DNA from: an uncultured Christensenella sp.
Lineage (GTDB): Bacteria > Bacillota > Clostridia > Christensenellales > DTU072
NCBI GenBank assembly: GCA_964368435.1
Contig: CAYJBS010000002.1
Span: forward strand, 1-59,236
Reading direction: 5' to 3'
Length of the DNA: 59,236 nt
Positions 9,436-19,600 of this stretch are shown one piece after another. The translations under genes were made by a program, and so were the position numbers. Position 1 is the stretch's first letter. The number at the start of each line of letters is the position of its first letter. Below the pieces are notes generated by a model that was given only the letters and a program-made list of their open reading frames with translations, was not told the DNA's origin and searched no databases.

Positions 9436-10209
9436 CTAAATCTCGATGTCATTTATGGAATTGAGTACCATATCGGGCTTGATATCCGATGCGTTCAGCA
9501 TTTCGATAGTTGTTTCGCCGGTAAGCACAAGAATACTCGTCATTTTGTTGTTCTTGCCAAAAAGTATGTCGGTATACAGCCTATCGCCCACCATCGCCAC
9601 CTTGCCCGGTTCTACATGACAATGGTCAAAAACAAATTCCGCCATCGGCGCATTGGGCTTGCCGATGACGACAGACGGCGTTCTGCCGTTGGTCTTCTCT
9701 ATAAGAGCCATAATGGCGCCCGTATCGGGCATGTTGCCGTACTCTGACGGACATACGAAGTCGGGATGCGTTGCGATAAACTCCCTGCCTTGCTCAAGCA
9801 GGATACATGCGTGAAAAAGCTTGTCGTAAGTCAATGAGGTGTCAAAACCCAGTACAACGATATCGCCGTCGTCCTTGATTTCTATGCCATAATCCCCCAT
9901 TTCTCTTTTGAGCTGATCGGTACCTAAAACATAAACCGATTTGTATGGACGGTATCTTGAAAGATATTGCGCCGTTGCCATACCCGAGGTGATGATCTGT
10001 TCGATCTTCGCCTTGTACCCCAGTCTATGTATCTTTTCCAGATAGTCATACTTGGATTTTGAGCTGTTGTTGGTGACAAAGCAAACCATTTTGCCTGCCG
10101 CCGTCAATCTGTTTAGGGTATCGATGGCGCCATCAAGAGGGATATCCCCCATATTTACGGTGCCGTCAAGATCGAAAAGAAATAAATCAATATCCTTGGT
10201 TTTCTTCAT
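9436..10209 (-). CDS. HAD-IIA family phosphatase (NagD/AraL/YutF-like)
   Basis: HAD motif I LFDLDGTV, motif II VTNNS, motif IV VGDRLYTDILFG. Length of 257 aa is typical. Overlaps the upstream gene by 23 nt. Confidence 0.9.
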   Translation of the reverse strand: MKKTKDIDLFLFDLDGTVNMGDIPLDGAIDTLNRLTAAGKMVCFVTNNSSKSKYDYLEKIHRLGYKAKIEQIITSGMATAQYLSRYRPYKSVYVLGTDQLKREMGDYGIEIKDDGDIVVLGFDTSLTYDKLFHACILLEQGREFIATHPDFVCPSEYGNMPDTGAIMALIEKTNGRTPSVVIGKPNAPMAEFVFDHCHVEPGKVAMVGDRLYTDILFGKNNKMTSILVLTGETTIEMLNASDIKPDMVLNSINDIEI

Positions 10210-11230
10210 AGTTTATCAGTCTTTCTATTACTCCTGTGTTATTTATTATATTTGTCAGTCCCTGTGCGCGCCTACTTTCTTCTATAATCATCGAAAAATG
10301 TCTTCCGATATCGATATCTTCGAGGCTGACGCCCAACGCTCGAAAGATTAAAGCGACGCTGTTCAACTCTTCTTTTGATAGCATATATGCGCTCATTTTT
10401 GCGCTTTGTTGCTTGAGCGCACGCTGCGCGTCAAGCTCGGCTGCAGTATGAGTCGCCGCTGGTATAAGCATATCATTAAAGTCCCACTTTGTAAAGATTA
10501 TCCCGACACTAAATAATAAATAAGCGATAACAAAACGGCTCGACAACGCTTCCGCCGCGGCGCGCTTGTTCCTAATGCGATAAACAACAGGCAAGCGGTC
10601 TTTGCCACTCAAATATTCAGCTCCCCCCTTCAGAAGATGCAACATTGTCGGCAAGAAAAAATCTTTATCCGCAGGCTTAACGATGAAATTTTTGCATTGT
10701 TTTACCATAGCTTCAAGCGCCGCATCCTTGTACGGCAGCAGTAGTCCGCTGCAAAAATCATCCAGTAAAGAATAATACATAACCAACGCTTCACAAAAGC
10801 CTTTAGCGGCAGTAAGGGTATCCGAAATGTCGATTATGGAACTATCAAAGTAGGCTATTTCTGCAAAACCGCTTTTTTCTCCGCTCAACATCCCATCACA
10901 AAAGCAGTCGGCAAAAATTTCTGTAGGATAGAACGAAAAGCGCATATCCCCGGCGGCTTTTCGGACTGCTCTTATTGCGTCAAGTCCGCCTACCGCTACA
11001 AAATACCTTATATGCTCGCCGAAATTCATTGTTCGCGCAGTGTGCGCTTCACACAGCTTTGTGCGGTTGCCTTTTTTGAACAGAGCGTCGGCTACACGGC
11101 AAGCAAGCTCTTTATGTTCTTGCTCGAAAATAACGGCGACTGCGCCGTTTTTATAAGTTACGGAAACGAGTTCGGCAAAAAGCTCTGTGTCTTTGCCTAT
11201 ATGCAGATTTGTGCGGGTACGGGTATTCAT
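10187..11230 (-). CDS. Hypothetical protein (347 aa); possibly a degenerate dehydroquinate-synthase / glycerol-1-phosphate-dehydrogenase-like (AraM-like) fold
   Basis: ORF with normal codon usage and a 23-nt overlap with the HAD gene. FVAVGGLDAIRAVRKAAG only loosely resembles the GGGSxxDxxK motif of Fe-ADH/DHQS-like enzymes. No obvious RBS. Confidence 0.65.
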   Translation of the reverse strand: MNTRTRTNLHIGKDTELFAELVSVTYKNGAVAVIFEQEHKELACRVADALFKKGNRTKLCEAHTARTMNFGEHIRYFVAVGGLDAIRAVRKAAGDMRFSFYPTEIFADCFCDGMLSGEKSGFAEIAYFDSSIIDISDTLTAAKGFCEALVMYYSLLDDFCSGLLLPYKDAALEAMVKQCKNFIVKPADKDFFLPTMLHLLKGGAEYLSGKDRLPVVYRIRNKRAAAEALSSRFVIAYLLFSVGIIFTKWDFNDMLIPAATHTAAELDAQRALKQQSAKMSAYMLSKEELNSVALIFRALGVSLEDIDIGRHFSMIIEESRRAQGLTNIINNTGVIERLINYEENQGY

Positions 11231-11291
11231 AGCAAAATTATAACCACAAAAAAGCGTAATAATACTGTATAAAATGCTGTTTTTTGGAAGC

Positions 11292-12341
11292 TTATGCCAA
11301 CAAGCTCTTCAACTCTTTCAGCAATACATCTATTTGGCTGTCGGTTCCTATGGTCACACGAATAAAATTGTTGATGCCCGGCTTGTCAAAATACCTGACA
11401 AGAATGCCTCTCTCTTTCAATTTCAAATAAACCTCTTTGGCATTGTCTAGTAGCACCAACAGGAAGTTGGAGCCGGATGCAAGCGTATTTATGCCGACCG
11501 CCTTTAATTCCGCAAAGACTCTTTCACGTGTGTTTATTATTTTCTTTATTATGGCGTCATAGTACGCCGTGTCGCTCAGCGCTGTTGCTGCTATTTCCAT
11601 ACTCAAGCGGTTTACGGTATAGCTGTTTATGCTGTCTTTTATGCGCTCCAGTGCTTTTATGAGTTGCTCATTGGCAAGCGCATAGCCGCACCTAATGCCG
11701 GCAAGTGCATGGCTCTTTGACAGCGTTTCGACAATCACAAGGTTGTCGTATTTCTCTATCAGCGGAGATACATCTTCCGAACAAAAAGCCGCATATGCTT
11801 GGTCAACAATGACTATTTTGTCAAGGTTTTGTTCAACAATTGCCTTGATTTCGTCAACGGACAGCGTAATGCCCGTGGGGGCGTTGGGGTTGGCGATGAC
11901 AATACCCCTGCAATTCAAACCGAAATAATCAGAGGCACAGATGGCATATTCCTTCAGCGGAATTATTTTCGAACGTAAGTTGTAATATGAGGCATAAACT
12001 TGATAAAAGCTGTAGGTTATGTCGGCATAAGCCACCTCGTCACCATTGTTAAAAAAAGCCGCGAAGCACATGGACAGCACCTCGTCACTGCCGTTGCCGG
12101 TAAAAATGTTTTCTTCGGAGGTCTTCTTTTGCTTTGCGATAGCTTGTTTGAGCGACAGCGTCCGAGGATCGGGATAAAGCCGCAAATCGGTAGCGTCAAA
12201 ATTTTTCAGCAGCTCGGCGACCTTAGGACTGGGCGGATAGGGATTCTCGTTGGTGTTGAGTTTTATGTAACGTTTGTCCCTGGGTTGCTCTCCTGCTATA
12301 TACGGTGATATGCTTTTGGCTAAATCCGAATAAAATTTCAT
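11292..12341 (-). CDS. hisC: Histidinol-phosphate aminotransferase
   Basis: N-terminus IAGEQPRDKRYIKLNTNENPYPPSPKV. PLP-Lys context ETLSKSHALAGIRCGYA. The 349-aa class-II aminotransferase length fits. GAGG RBS. Confidence 0.88.
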   Translation of the reverse strand: MKFYSDLAKSISPYIAGEQPRDKRYIKLNTNENPYPPSPKVAELLKNFDATDLRLYPDPRTLSLKQAIAKQKKTSEENIFTGNGSDEVLSMCFAAFFNNGDEVAYADITYSFYQVYASYYNLRSKIIPLKEYAICASDYFGLNCRGIVIANPNAPTGITLSVDEIKAIVEQNLDKIVIVDQAYAAFCSEDVSPLIEKYDNLVIVETLSKSHALAGIRCGYALANEQLIKALERIKDSINSYTVNRLSMEIAATALSDTAYYDAIIKKIINTRERVFAELKAVGINTLASGSNFLLVLLDNAKEVYLKLKERGILVRYFDKPGINNFIRVTIGTDSQIDVLLKELKSLLA

Positions 12342-12358
12342 TGTTATTACCTCGCCTC

Positions 12359-12388
12359 ATTTTAGCATAAACGCGAAAAATATGTCAA
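12359..12388 (-). promoter_or_regulatory. Sigma-A-type promoter of hisC with extended -10
   Basis: Minus strand TTGACA (12383-12388), 18 nt spacer, TGC-TAAAAT (-10 at 12359-12364). Confidence 0.5.
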
Positions 12389-12424
12389 CATAAAGCTGCC
12401 ATATTGCAAAAAAGCCTATTTAAA

Positions 12425-13513
12425 TCAGTTTTTTATATATAAAGAGGTTTTGGGTTTGCGCTTGGCAAGAATACCGCCGATAAAATCCTGCAAAAACGCC
12501 ATAACGGGTACGCTGAGAAAGACTCCGATGAAGCCGAACAGTCCACCACCCACCACCACTGAGGTGAGAATCCAAAAACTTGACAAGCCGACATACCTTC
12601 CGACAATGATGGGATAAGTCGTCACTGACTCTATCTGTTGCAAAATGACAATAAAAATTATGAAAATAAGCGCCTGCTCCGGACTTACGGAGAAAATCAG
12701 CAAGGCGGAGAAGCCGCCGCCGATATATGCGCCCACCATGGGAACGAGATTAACCAGCGCTGTTATGGCGGCAATGAGCGGAGCAAACGGCAAGCCTATT
12801 ATCGACATCACAAGATAACACACCATACCCAACAGCATAGCTTCAAGCAGCTGTCCGCCGATATAGCTTGAAAACTTATCTATGGCAAGTTGCAGCGCAT
12901 CCAGGATGTCCTTAACTTTTTCTTTTTTTGTTAGACTGTATATTAGTTTTTTGAACTGATGCGCCAACTCCTTTTTATTGGAAAGTATCAAAACAGCCAG
13001 GAAAAGTCCTAGAAACAGGTTGATGACGACTTTCAATATATTTTCGGCAAGCTCCAGCATCTTTGGTATATACTCTTGCAGTCGGTCGATAAAATCCGAA
13101 GTCACTTTTTGCAGGTTTTCAAAAACTAATCGGAAAAAAGCATTGTCTGATGAAAGTTTTTCAAAGGCATTGCCCGATTGAAAGGAGGAGGTGACACCGC
13201 CGATGCTTTCAACGAGTTTGGGAAAGACCAAAAACCCAAAACCCGTCAATATGCCTGCAAACAGTATGACGGCGCATGCCAGTGACAGCGGACTTTTGTA
13301 TTTTTTAAGCTTTTTGAAAACTTTCTTCTCGAAGAATTCCATAGGCACATGCAAAATAATTGCAAAAATCGCGCCGATAATGAGCGGCGTAAAGGCATTT
13401 TTTATCGTGCCGAACACATTCAGAAATTTGTCAAAATTCCATATCAATATGCCTGCAAGTGTAATAAGAACAAGCTTGTTTACAAACTCCTTTGAAACGC
13501 CCTTCATAGCCAT
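12425..13513 (-). CDS. AI-2E family transporter (PerM/YtvI-like integral membrane protein)
   Basis: 362 aa with about 8 hydrophobic helices. The C-terminal half (…ALVNLVPMVGAYIGGGFSALLIF…ILQQIESVTTYPIIVGR…) is typical of UPF0118/AI-2E. Confidence 0.88.
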   Translation of the reverse strand: MAMKGVSKEFVNKLVLITLAGILIWNFDKFLNVFGTIKNAFTPLIIGAIFAIILHVPMEFFEKKVFKKLKKYKSPLSLACAVILFAGILTGFGFLVFPKLVESIGGVTSSFQSGNAFEKLSSDNAFFRLVFENLQKVTSDFIDRLQEYIPKMLELAENILKVVINLFLGLFLAVLILSNKKELAHQFKKLIYSLTKKEKVKDILDALQLAIDKFSSYIGGQLLEAMLLGMVCYLVMSIIGLPFAPLIAAITALVNLVPMVGAYIGGGFSALLIFSVSPEQALIFIIFIVILQQIESVTTYPIIVGRYVGLSSFWILTSVVVGGGLFGFIGVFLSVPVMAFLQDFIGGILAKRKPKTSLYIKN

Positions 13514-13570
13514 AGTATATTCAATTCTGTTAAGCTATATCCCGTACTGATTCTATTTATTTTTGCAATG

Positions 13571-13619
13571 AAAAAAGAGGGCTGAACTCATGTCGTTTGA
13601 GTCAAGCCCTGCTTTTTTT
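13571..13619 (-). terminator. Rho-independent terminator of the giant gene
   Basis: AAAAAAG-AGGGCT-GA-ACTCA-TGTCGTT-TGAGT-CA-AGCCCT-GCTTTTTTT. On the minus strand the hairpin starts about 25 nt past the stop at 13644 and is followed by TTTTTT. Confidence 0.6.
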
Positions 13620-13643
13620 GCTTTTATGGAATATGATTATTAT

Positions 13644-16600
13644 TTAGTATTGAGTGATAACATTGACGAGTTTTATTCTTACGACAACAGAGGGCGAACC
13701 CGGCACATTCAGCGTTGTGGCTATGGTGTAGGTGGTGCCTGTCGGAGCATAAGTGTCTACGTCATAGAAGCCATTCAGCTGTCCTCCGTAGTTGCTGAAC
13801 TGCAATCCTTGAGGACTGTGATACCAGCCGCCATCGGTGGGTCCCATCTTCCAGACGCTTGCTTCCTGCCACGGCATGTATGTCACAGTCTTCGACCAAT
13901 GCCAGTTTGTGAAGAGACCCCAATCGTTCATCCATCCATCATCCTCATATCGGTAATGCACCTGAAGCAGCGGCAGATTGTAAAGCTCAAATCTTGTGCC
14001 TCTCTCTACCTCGATTATCGGTACTGCGTTCTGCGTTATTCTGTTTACGGTATTGTAGTAGAAACTGCTGATTGCGCTATCGCCATAACCGCCCTCTTTC
14101 AGCCCTGTCGGATACTTCCAGCCACCGTCTACGCAAAGCGGGGAGTTGGGATACGCTTCGCCATGATCGGGATTTACGATATAAGCCGTTTCGTCACCGG
14201 GGTTGCCGTAGTCGTCGTTAATGACGCCGCCGTTCTCGTTTCGGTTGCAAGAATTGTCAACGGTTCCGTCGAATTCCTTCCAATCGTTCTCCTCGGATGC
14301 CTCGCTGAGGTTATAGATATGCACGGTGTCGTACGCCGCCAAAAGTATTGTACCCTTGATGTTTTCGACAGACTCGGGGTATGCGCAATATTGATCTATG
14401 CCATAATCCACCAGCGCTATTGAATATCCGGGATACATTTGGTTCTCAGCGGTTGTGAACTTGTGCTTCACTACCTTCTTTTCGGGCATTGCGTACCATT
14501 CCTCAAGTTTTGCTTTGGCTTGGGATTGCGACTCGTTCTGCGACCAGCTGTTGTGCGGAAGTACGCCGGGCATATTGTCTTGGTTTATGGCGGAGCCTGC
14601 AGGAGTACGGAAGTTGCGCAAGATCAACGGAGCGCTTATGCCCGATTCAAGCCCTCTGGAGCCAATTCCGTATGAGAAGATTTGTTGGAAGGTCTTGGGG
14701 AAGGTGAAGGTGCCCGATACTGTGACAACCGAAGGTATATTGGTGTTTACCCACTTTCTCAAGCTCAAGTTGGGGAAGCTCCACCTGATTATTTGTCCGC
14801 CTCTGCCACCCAGCGTCATTGTGGCGTATTGTGTTGTGCCACTGCCGAACATCACCTCACCGAAGTACCATTTGTTGTTATTGTTGTAATAGGTGCCTCC
14901 GCCTTGAATATTCAGGAAGTTCTCTTGCTGTCCGGAACCGAAGGTCACTTGGAAGCCGTACTTGCTGTCATAGCCATGCAGCGCCTTGTTGAAGGGGACA
15001 TAGGTTCCGCCTTCATAATACACCACTTGGAAGTACTCTTTGAAGGAACCCAGTGTTTTGTCCGGCAACAGTATGATGTCTTCAGGACCATATTCGGTAT
15101 CGTCATTAAAGGCGTCTATAGTGTACAACTCGTTGGTTTCCGGATTAATCAAGGATTCTTGATCGCTGTAGCCGCCGTATACCCACGGTGTTGAATTGAA
15201 AGTAAAGGTGAAGGGCTGATTGTCAATATCCATCGAAGTCGTCGTAGATATGGTCAAATCATAATAGTTTACGTAGACCCTGCCTCTGCTGCCGCCCGAC
15301 CACAAAGCGTCTGTGAAATAAGGAGTAAGCGTTGTGGATATTCTGGTGGCTCCTTCATAATAGTATGCTTCGCGAGTAGCGTAATCCACAGCGGCTAAGC
15401 CGCTGGCTATTTTTTCTTTCCACTCCTTGGTTGTGACATATATCCAGATATAGTCGGGCATAGGTACGCCGCCTCTCTTGATATAGTAATATGGGTTGGT
15501 GATGGTGTAGGAGTTCAGGTTACCCTGCGTGTAGGTTATGGCTTCGCCTTGTCCTTCCACAGAGAGGTGTGCCGCGCTCGAAATGTTGTAATTGTCTTCA
15601 ATACCTTGTTGGATTGTGGCAATATACTGTTCTTCCATTGTGATGGCAACTGCCGCTTTCTGCTGACCGTCAACGCCCATTGCTAAGCCCGGTATCGTGA
15701 TATAGAAGTTCATGAAGCCGCCTCTATAGGAGAGAGGCTTGCTGGGATCCATTGCAAAACTCATCAGCAGGCTTTCTTGCTCGTCTTCTTGCAGTTCATA
15801 GGTGCCTGTCAGTTGTCGTCCTGCGCCCAGTCCTTTGTAGGTGTGAACGACAATCTTGCCGCCCTCTTCTACTCCGGCATAATTCCCCATGGTGAATGCC
15901 ATGTATTCGTCTTCAAAGCCGTCAAAGTATACCCTGAACTCATTGCCTGCGCCCATAAACAGCGCTTCGCCTATCGCCTTTGTGAGGTTGGGCTGTCCAA
16001 GATAGTCATAGGACTTCAGCACTGTGTTTTCGGCGCCGTCCTTGAAGATGTTTTTGAAGCCTTCTTGATTTCCGAAGATGTCGATGGTGGTCTTGACCTT
16101 TCTGGATTTTACGAAGACAGGATAAGTTATTCTCTGCAACGAATCTCCGTCACCTATTTGGGCATAGACCTTGTAGTTGCCGCCGACAAATCTCAACTTG
16201 ACAGTGGCGTCATCCCAGGTGACTTCAATATTGGCTCTGACTGAGTTGTCTAGCGAGGCAAGGTCAAAGAGTGTGCCGTCGTTAAAGACAATCGTCGTGC
16301 CCTTGCTGCCATGCTTCAGATAGCCTTGCTCTCCGTCAAGCAATGCCGCCGTAGTATTTACGTAAGGTTTGAAGGGGTCAAACACGAAGCTGTAAGTCAT
16401 CAAGCCGTCTTCATCGAGTATCGTTTCATAGTTGGGCGCTATGTCCGGATCTGCGGCAAACATGCTCTTGACGGTACGGTCGACATAATTTATGTCGATT
16501 ATGTGTTTTTGGATCCCGCCGAAAGTGTTGCCGAAAGTGGCATATAGCCGTCCGACGCCTGCTTTGTAACCGATCTTGCCCACAGCCGTATTGTTGACAA

Positions 16601-19600
16601 ATCTTGTGTTGATGTCGGTGCCGTCATAGGTTATTTGGTCGAAGCGGTAGGTCGCTCTGTCTCCAAAGCGCTCATAATCCGCGCCGCTCACAAGTCTATC
16701 GCTGACGATTTCGTCATAGACAACGGAATGGCTGTAAATGTTGCCATCCTTTTCTACTATAGCTCCGTAAACATCAATATAATAGTTGTCGACATCGAGT
16801 CCTGAGTAGTAGGTCATATCCATAATTCTGGCTTCCATGGTATAGCCGTGGTCACCTATCTTTATGGATTTTATGTCGGATGCCGCCGTCGGTTCGTCTA
16901 TGGCGACTTTCAGGTCTACTACAACATCGCGTCCTGTATACAGATTTTTCGAAGAGGTGGCTACGCCTGTTCTCTTGTCAAATATCGTATAGTTCTTTGC
17001 TTCCAGCAAGAAATCGATGGAGCGGGGACCCGTAGCATAATCGTGGCCTTCCTCGTCTCTGTTGTTGAGCAATATCCTTGCGCGTCTGAAGTATGCGAAG
17101 GCGCCATCGGCGAATACCTCGCTGTATTTCTTCTCATAAGGATTTATTGGGATGACATCGTCTATTAACAAATATGACGGATCATATGTCCCGTTCGGCA
17201 TATTGGCTACCTTCACGAAGTCTTCGCCTTCGGTTTCATAGCTGACTTGATATTCGGTAATGGTTCTGTCATAGACCAGCACATCGACCTCTATGGATTG
17301 CAGTCCCGTCTTTATTTGCCGTACGGTCTCTACGCCGTCGATGAGGACGGTTTCGTTTTCATAGATGTAGATGGTGGCTATTGCGGCGTTCTGCTTCTCC
17401 TTGGTGTACGTGCCGCCTTTTACGGACATCGTATTGGAGATATGGCTGAACGACCAGTCCACATAGAGGATAATATCGTTGGCATTGTTTTTGAAGCGCG
17501 CTCTAAGCATCGTCGGCAGTCCCGTGAAGCCCTCGAAAGGCTCTATCAGCAGTCTCTTGATGCCGCCGCTCAAATCCTGCTCGATTCTTTGGAGATTGTA
17601 GTCGGCGTCGTAAGTTGTCACCTCTTGGGGCGTAAGCACTGCCAGACTTTGCAGCTGACTGGGTATGATCTGTACCGGCACATCAAAGGTCTGTTCTAGT
17701 TGGGTGCCCTTGGCTATCGTCGCCTGCACATAATAGATGCCGCCGAGATAATTGTAACGCAAGCGGGAAATGTCCCAATCTATTGCCAACTCTTCTTCAG
17801 CACCTGCGCTGAACAATACTGTCGCCGTATCATAGTCGCCGAAGTCTATCTTCTCATAGACACTGCCGACAATCAACGAATCAATGTTTTGGGCAATCAT
17901 TTCGCGCAGATAAACGCGCACTGTTTTTGTTTGGCGTACATCGAAGTTCTCTACGCCATAAGCCGTATCAAATTCAGTCGTTCTGCCGATACGGAAGCTT
18001 ATGTCATAAGCTTTCTCGAGGAAACCGTTTGCTTTGTAGTCAGCGAAGTTCAGCGGGTCGATTTTTACGTCGACGCCGAGTCCGCTTCTTACATCTGTAT
18101 TTACGATAAGATTGATATACGGAGCAAGCTGTTGTTCAAGAGAGACATACGGGAATATAGCAAGCTCGTCGGGAAGTTGCGCCAGAGGTATGGTGCCAAT
18201 CCTTATGATTTCGGGCAACAGAGAAATAGTAATTGTGTGATAAATATATCCGAAGATGCTGTTGCCTATCTTGGCGGTAGCTTGCGTCGAAGTGCTGAGG
18301 TTTGTGTATGGCTCAACATTTGTCCATACGACATCAAGCGGCAGTACCTCGCTGGCATTGTTCTTGACGAACTTGACTTTTGCGTAGGCAGGAAGCGGTA
18401 TGTTGTCATAAGTCTTGTAGACAAGCTGATCGAAATCAACTTCGTTTGTCAGTTCGCCTGCTTGTTCTGAAGCAAAGAACTTGATGTCCTTTCTGAGCTG
18501 CTCCATATCGTCGATGTAGGTATAAACTATCCTCGGGCTGGTGTTGACAACGTTTATGTCGAATTTCTGCAAATTCTTCAGTCTGTTGCCGACGGTGACA
18601 CCCTGCGGCAACGCAAAGCCTGCGCTGGCATAGAAGGTTTCGGAATACTCTCCCATCTCAAGTCTTGCATCAAGCAGCGCTCTGCCGCCTGCGGTGAAGT
18701 TGACGTACAGTTCTTGTATTTCGGTCATCTTGAAGGCATCATTGATATTCAATACGCCGTTCTGGAAGGTCCAAATGATTCCCAATGCCTCATCTTCCAC
18801 AGTCTTATCGGCAAGCAACTTTACGCCTGCGGATGTGGCAAATTGCGAAGCAAGCGAGCTTATGGTTCTGTTATGGATGTGCGCTTGCGGAACATTGACT
18901 ATGATTTCTTGGCGCCAGATGGCATTGGTTTCGTAGCCTTTGTTGCGGACAGTAAGTATTATGCTGTTCTCTCCGCTGCCATTGTAGCTGATACCGCCCT
19001 CGTTGGAATATCTCCATGCCGGAATGCCTTCATTGAGTTCAAACTCCCAATAATTTATGAAGCCTGCCTGCCTTGATTTGTTCCAAAGCCTTATGCCTCC
19101 CGACAGTAACAATCCAATATTGTCGTAGCCGTATTCGTCTTTGTAGTCGTCAAACTGCGCAAGATAGTCATCGATTGTCGTATCATCATACGGGTCTATC
19201 GTGACACTGTTGTCGGCTATGGCTATTCCCAAAATATCCAACTGTTGTATGGTTATTCTGACGTTTCTTATGATTTGGTTGCCGAATATCGGATCGGACA
19301 ACGCGGCGTCGGTATAGAATACCTTGCCTCTGAAGTTGTTGACAAGTTGCGCTTCGTCTATGTCAAGCCACTCTATCGGTACATTGTTTTGGGTGATACC
19401 GGAGAAGTTTATGACGGGACGGTTGGGAAGAACTATCGTCTCGTTGGGGGCGAACGACAAGTTGGTGGCAATGTTTGTCGCCACTCTTGCCGGCACATTC
19501 AGCGTAACTTCAAGCACCTCGTTATCGGTGGTATAATCGCTGTAATATTTGTCCCAAGACTTAATGGTCAACTGTCTGTTGTTCTCACCGACATTTGCGG

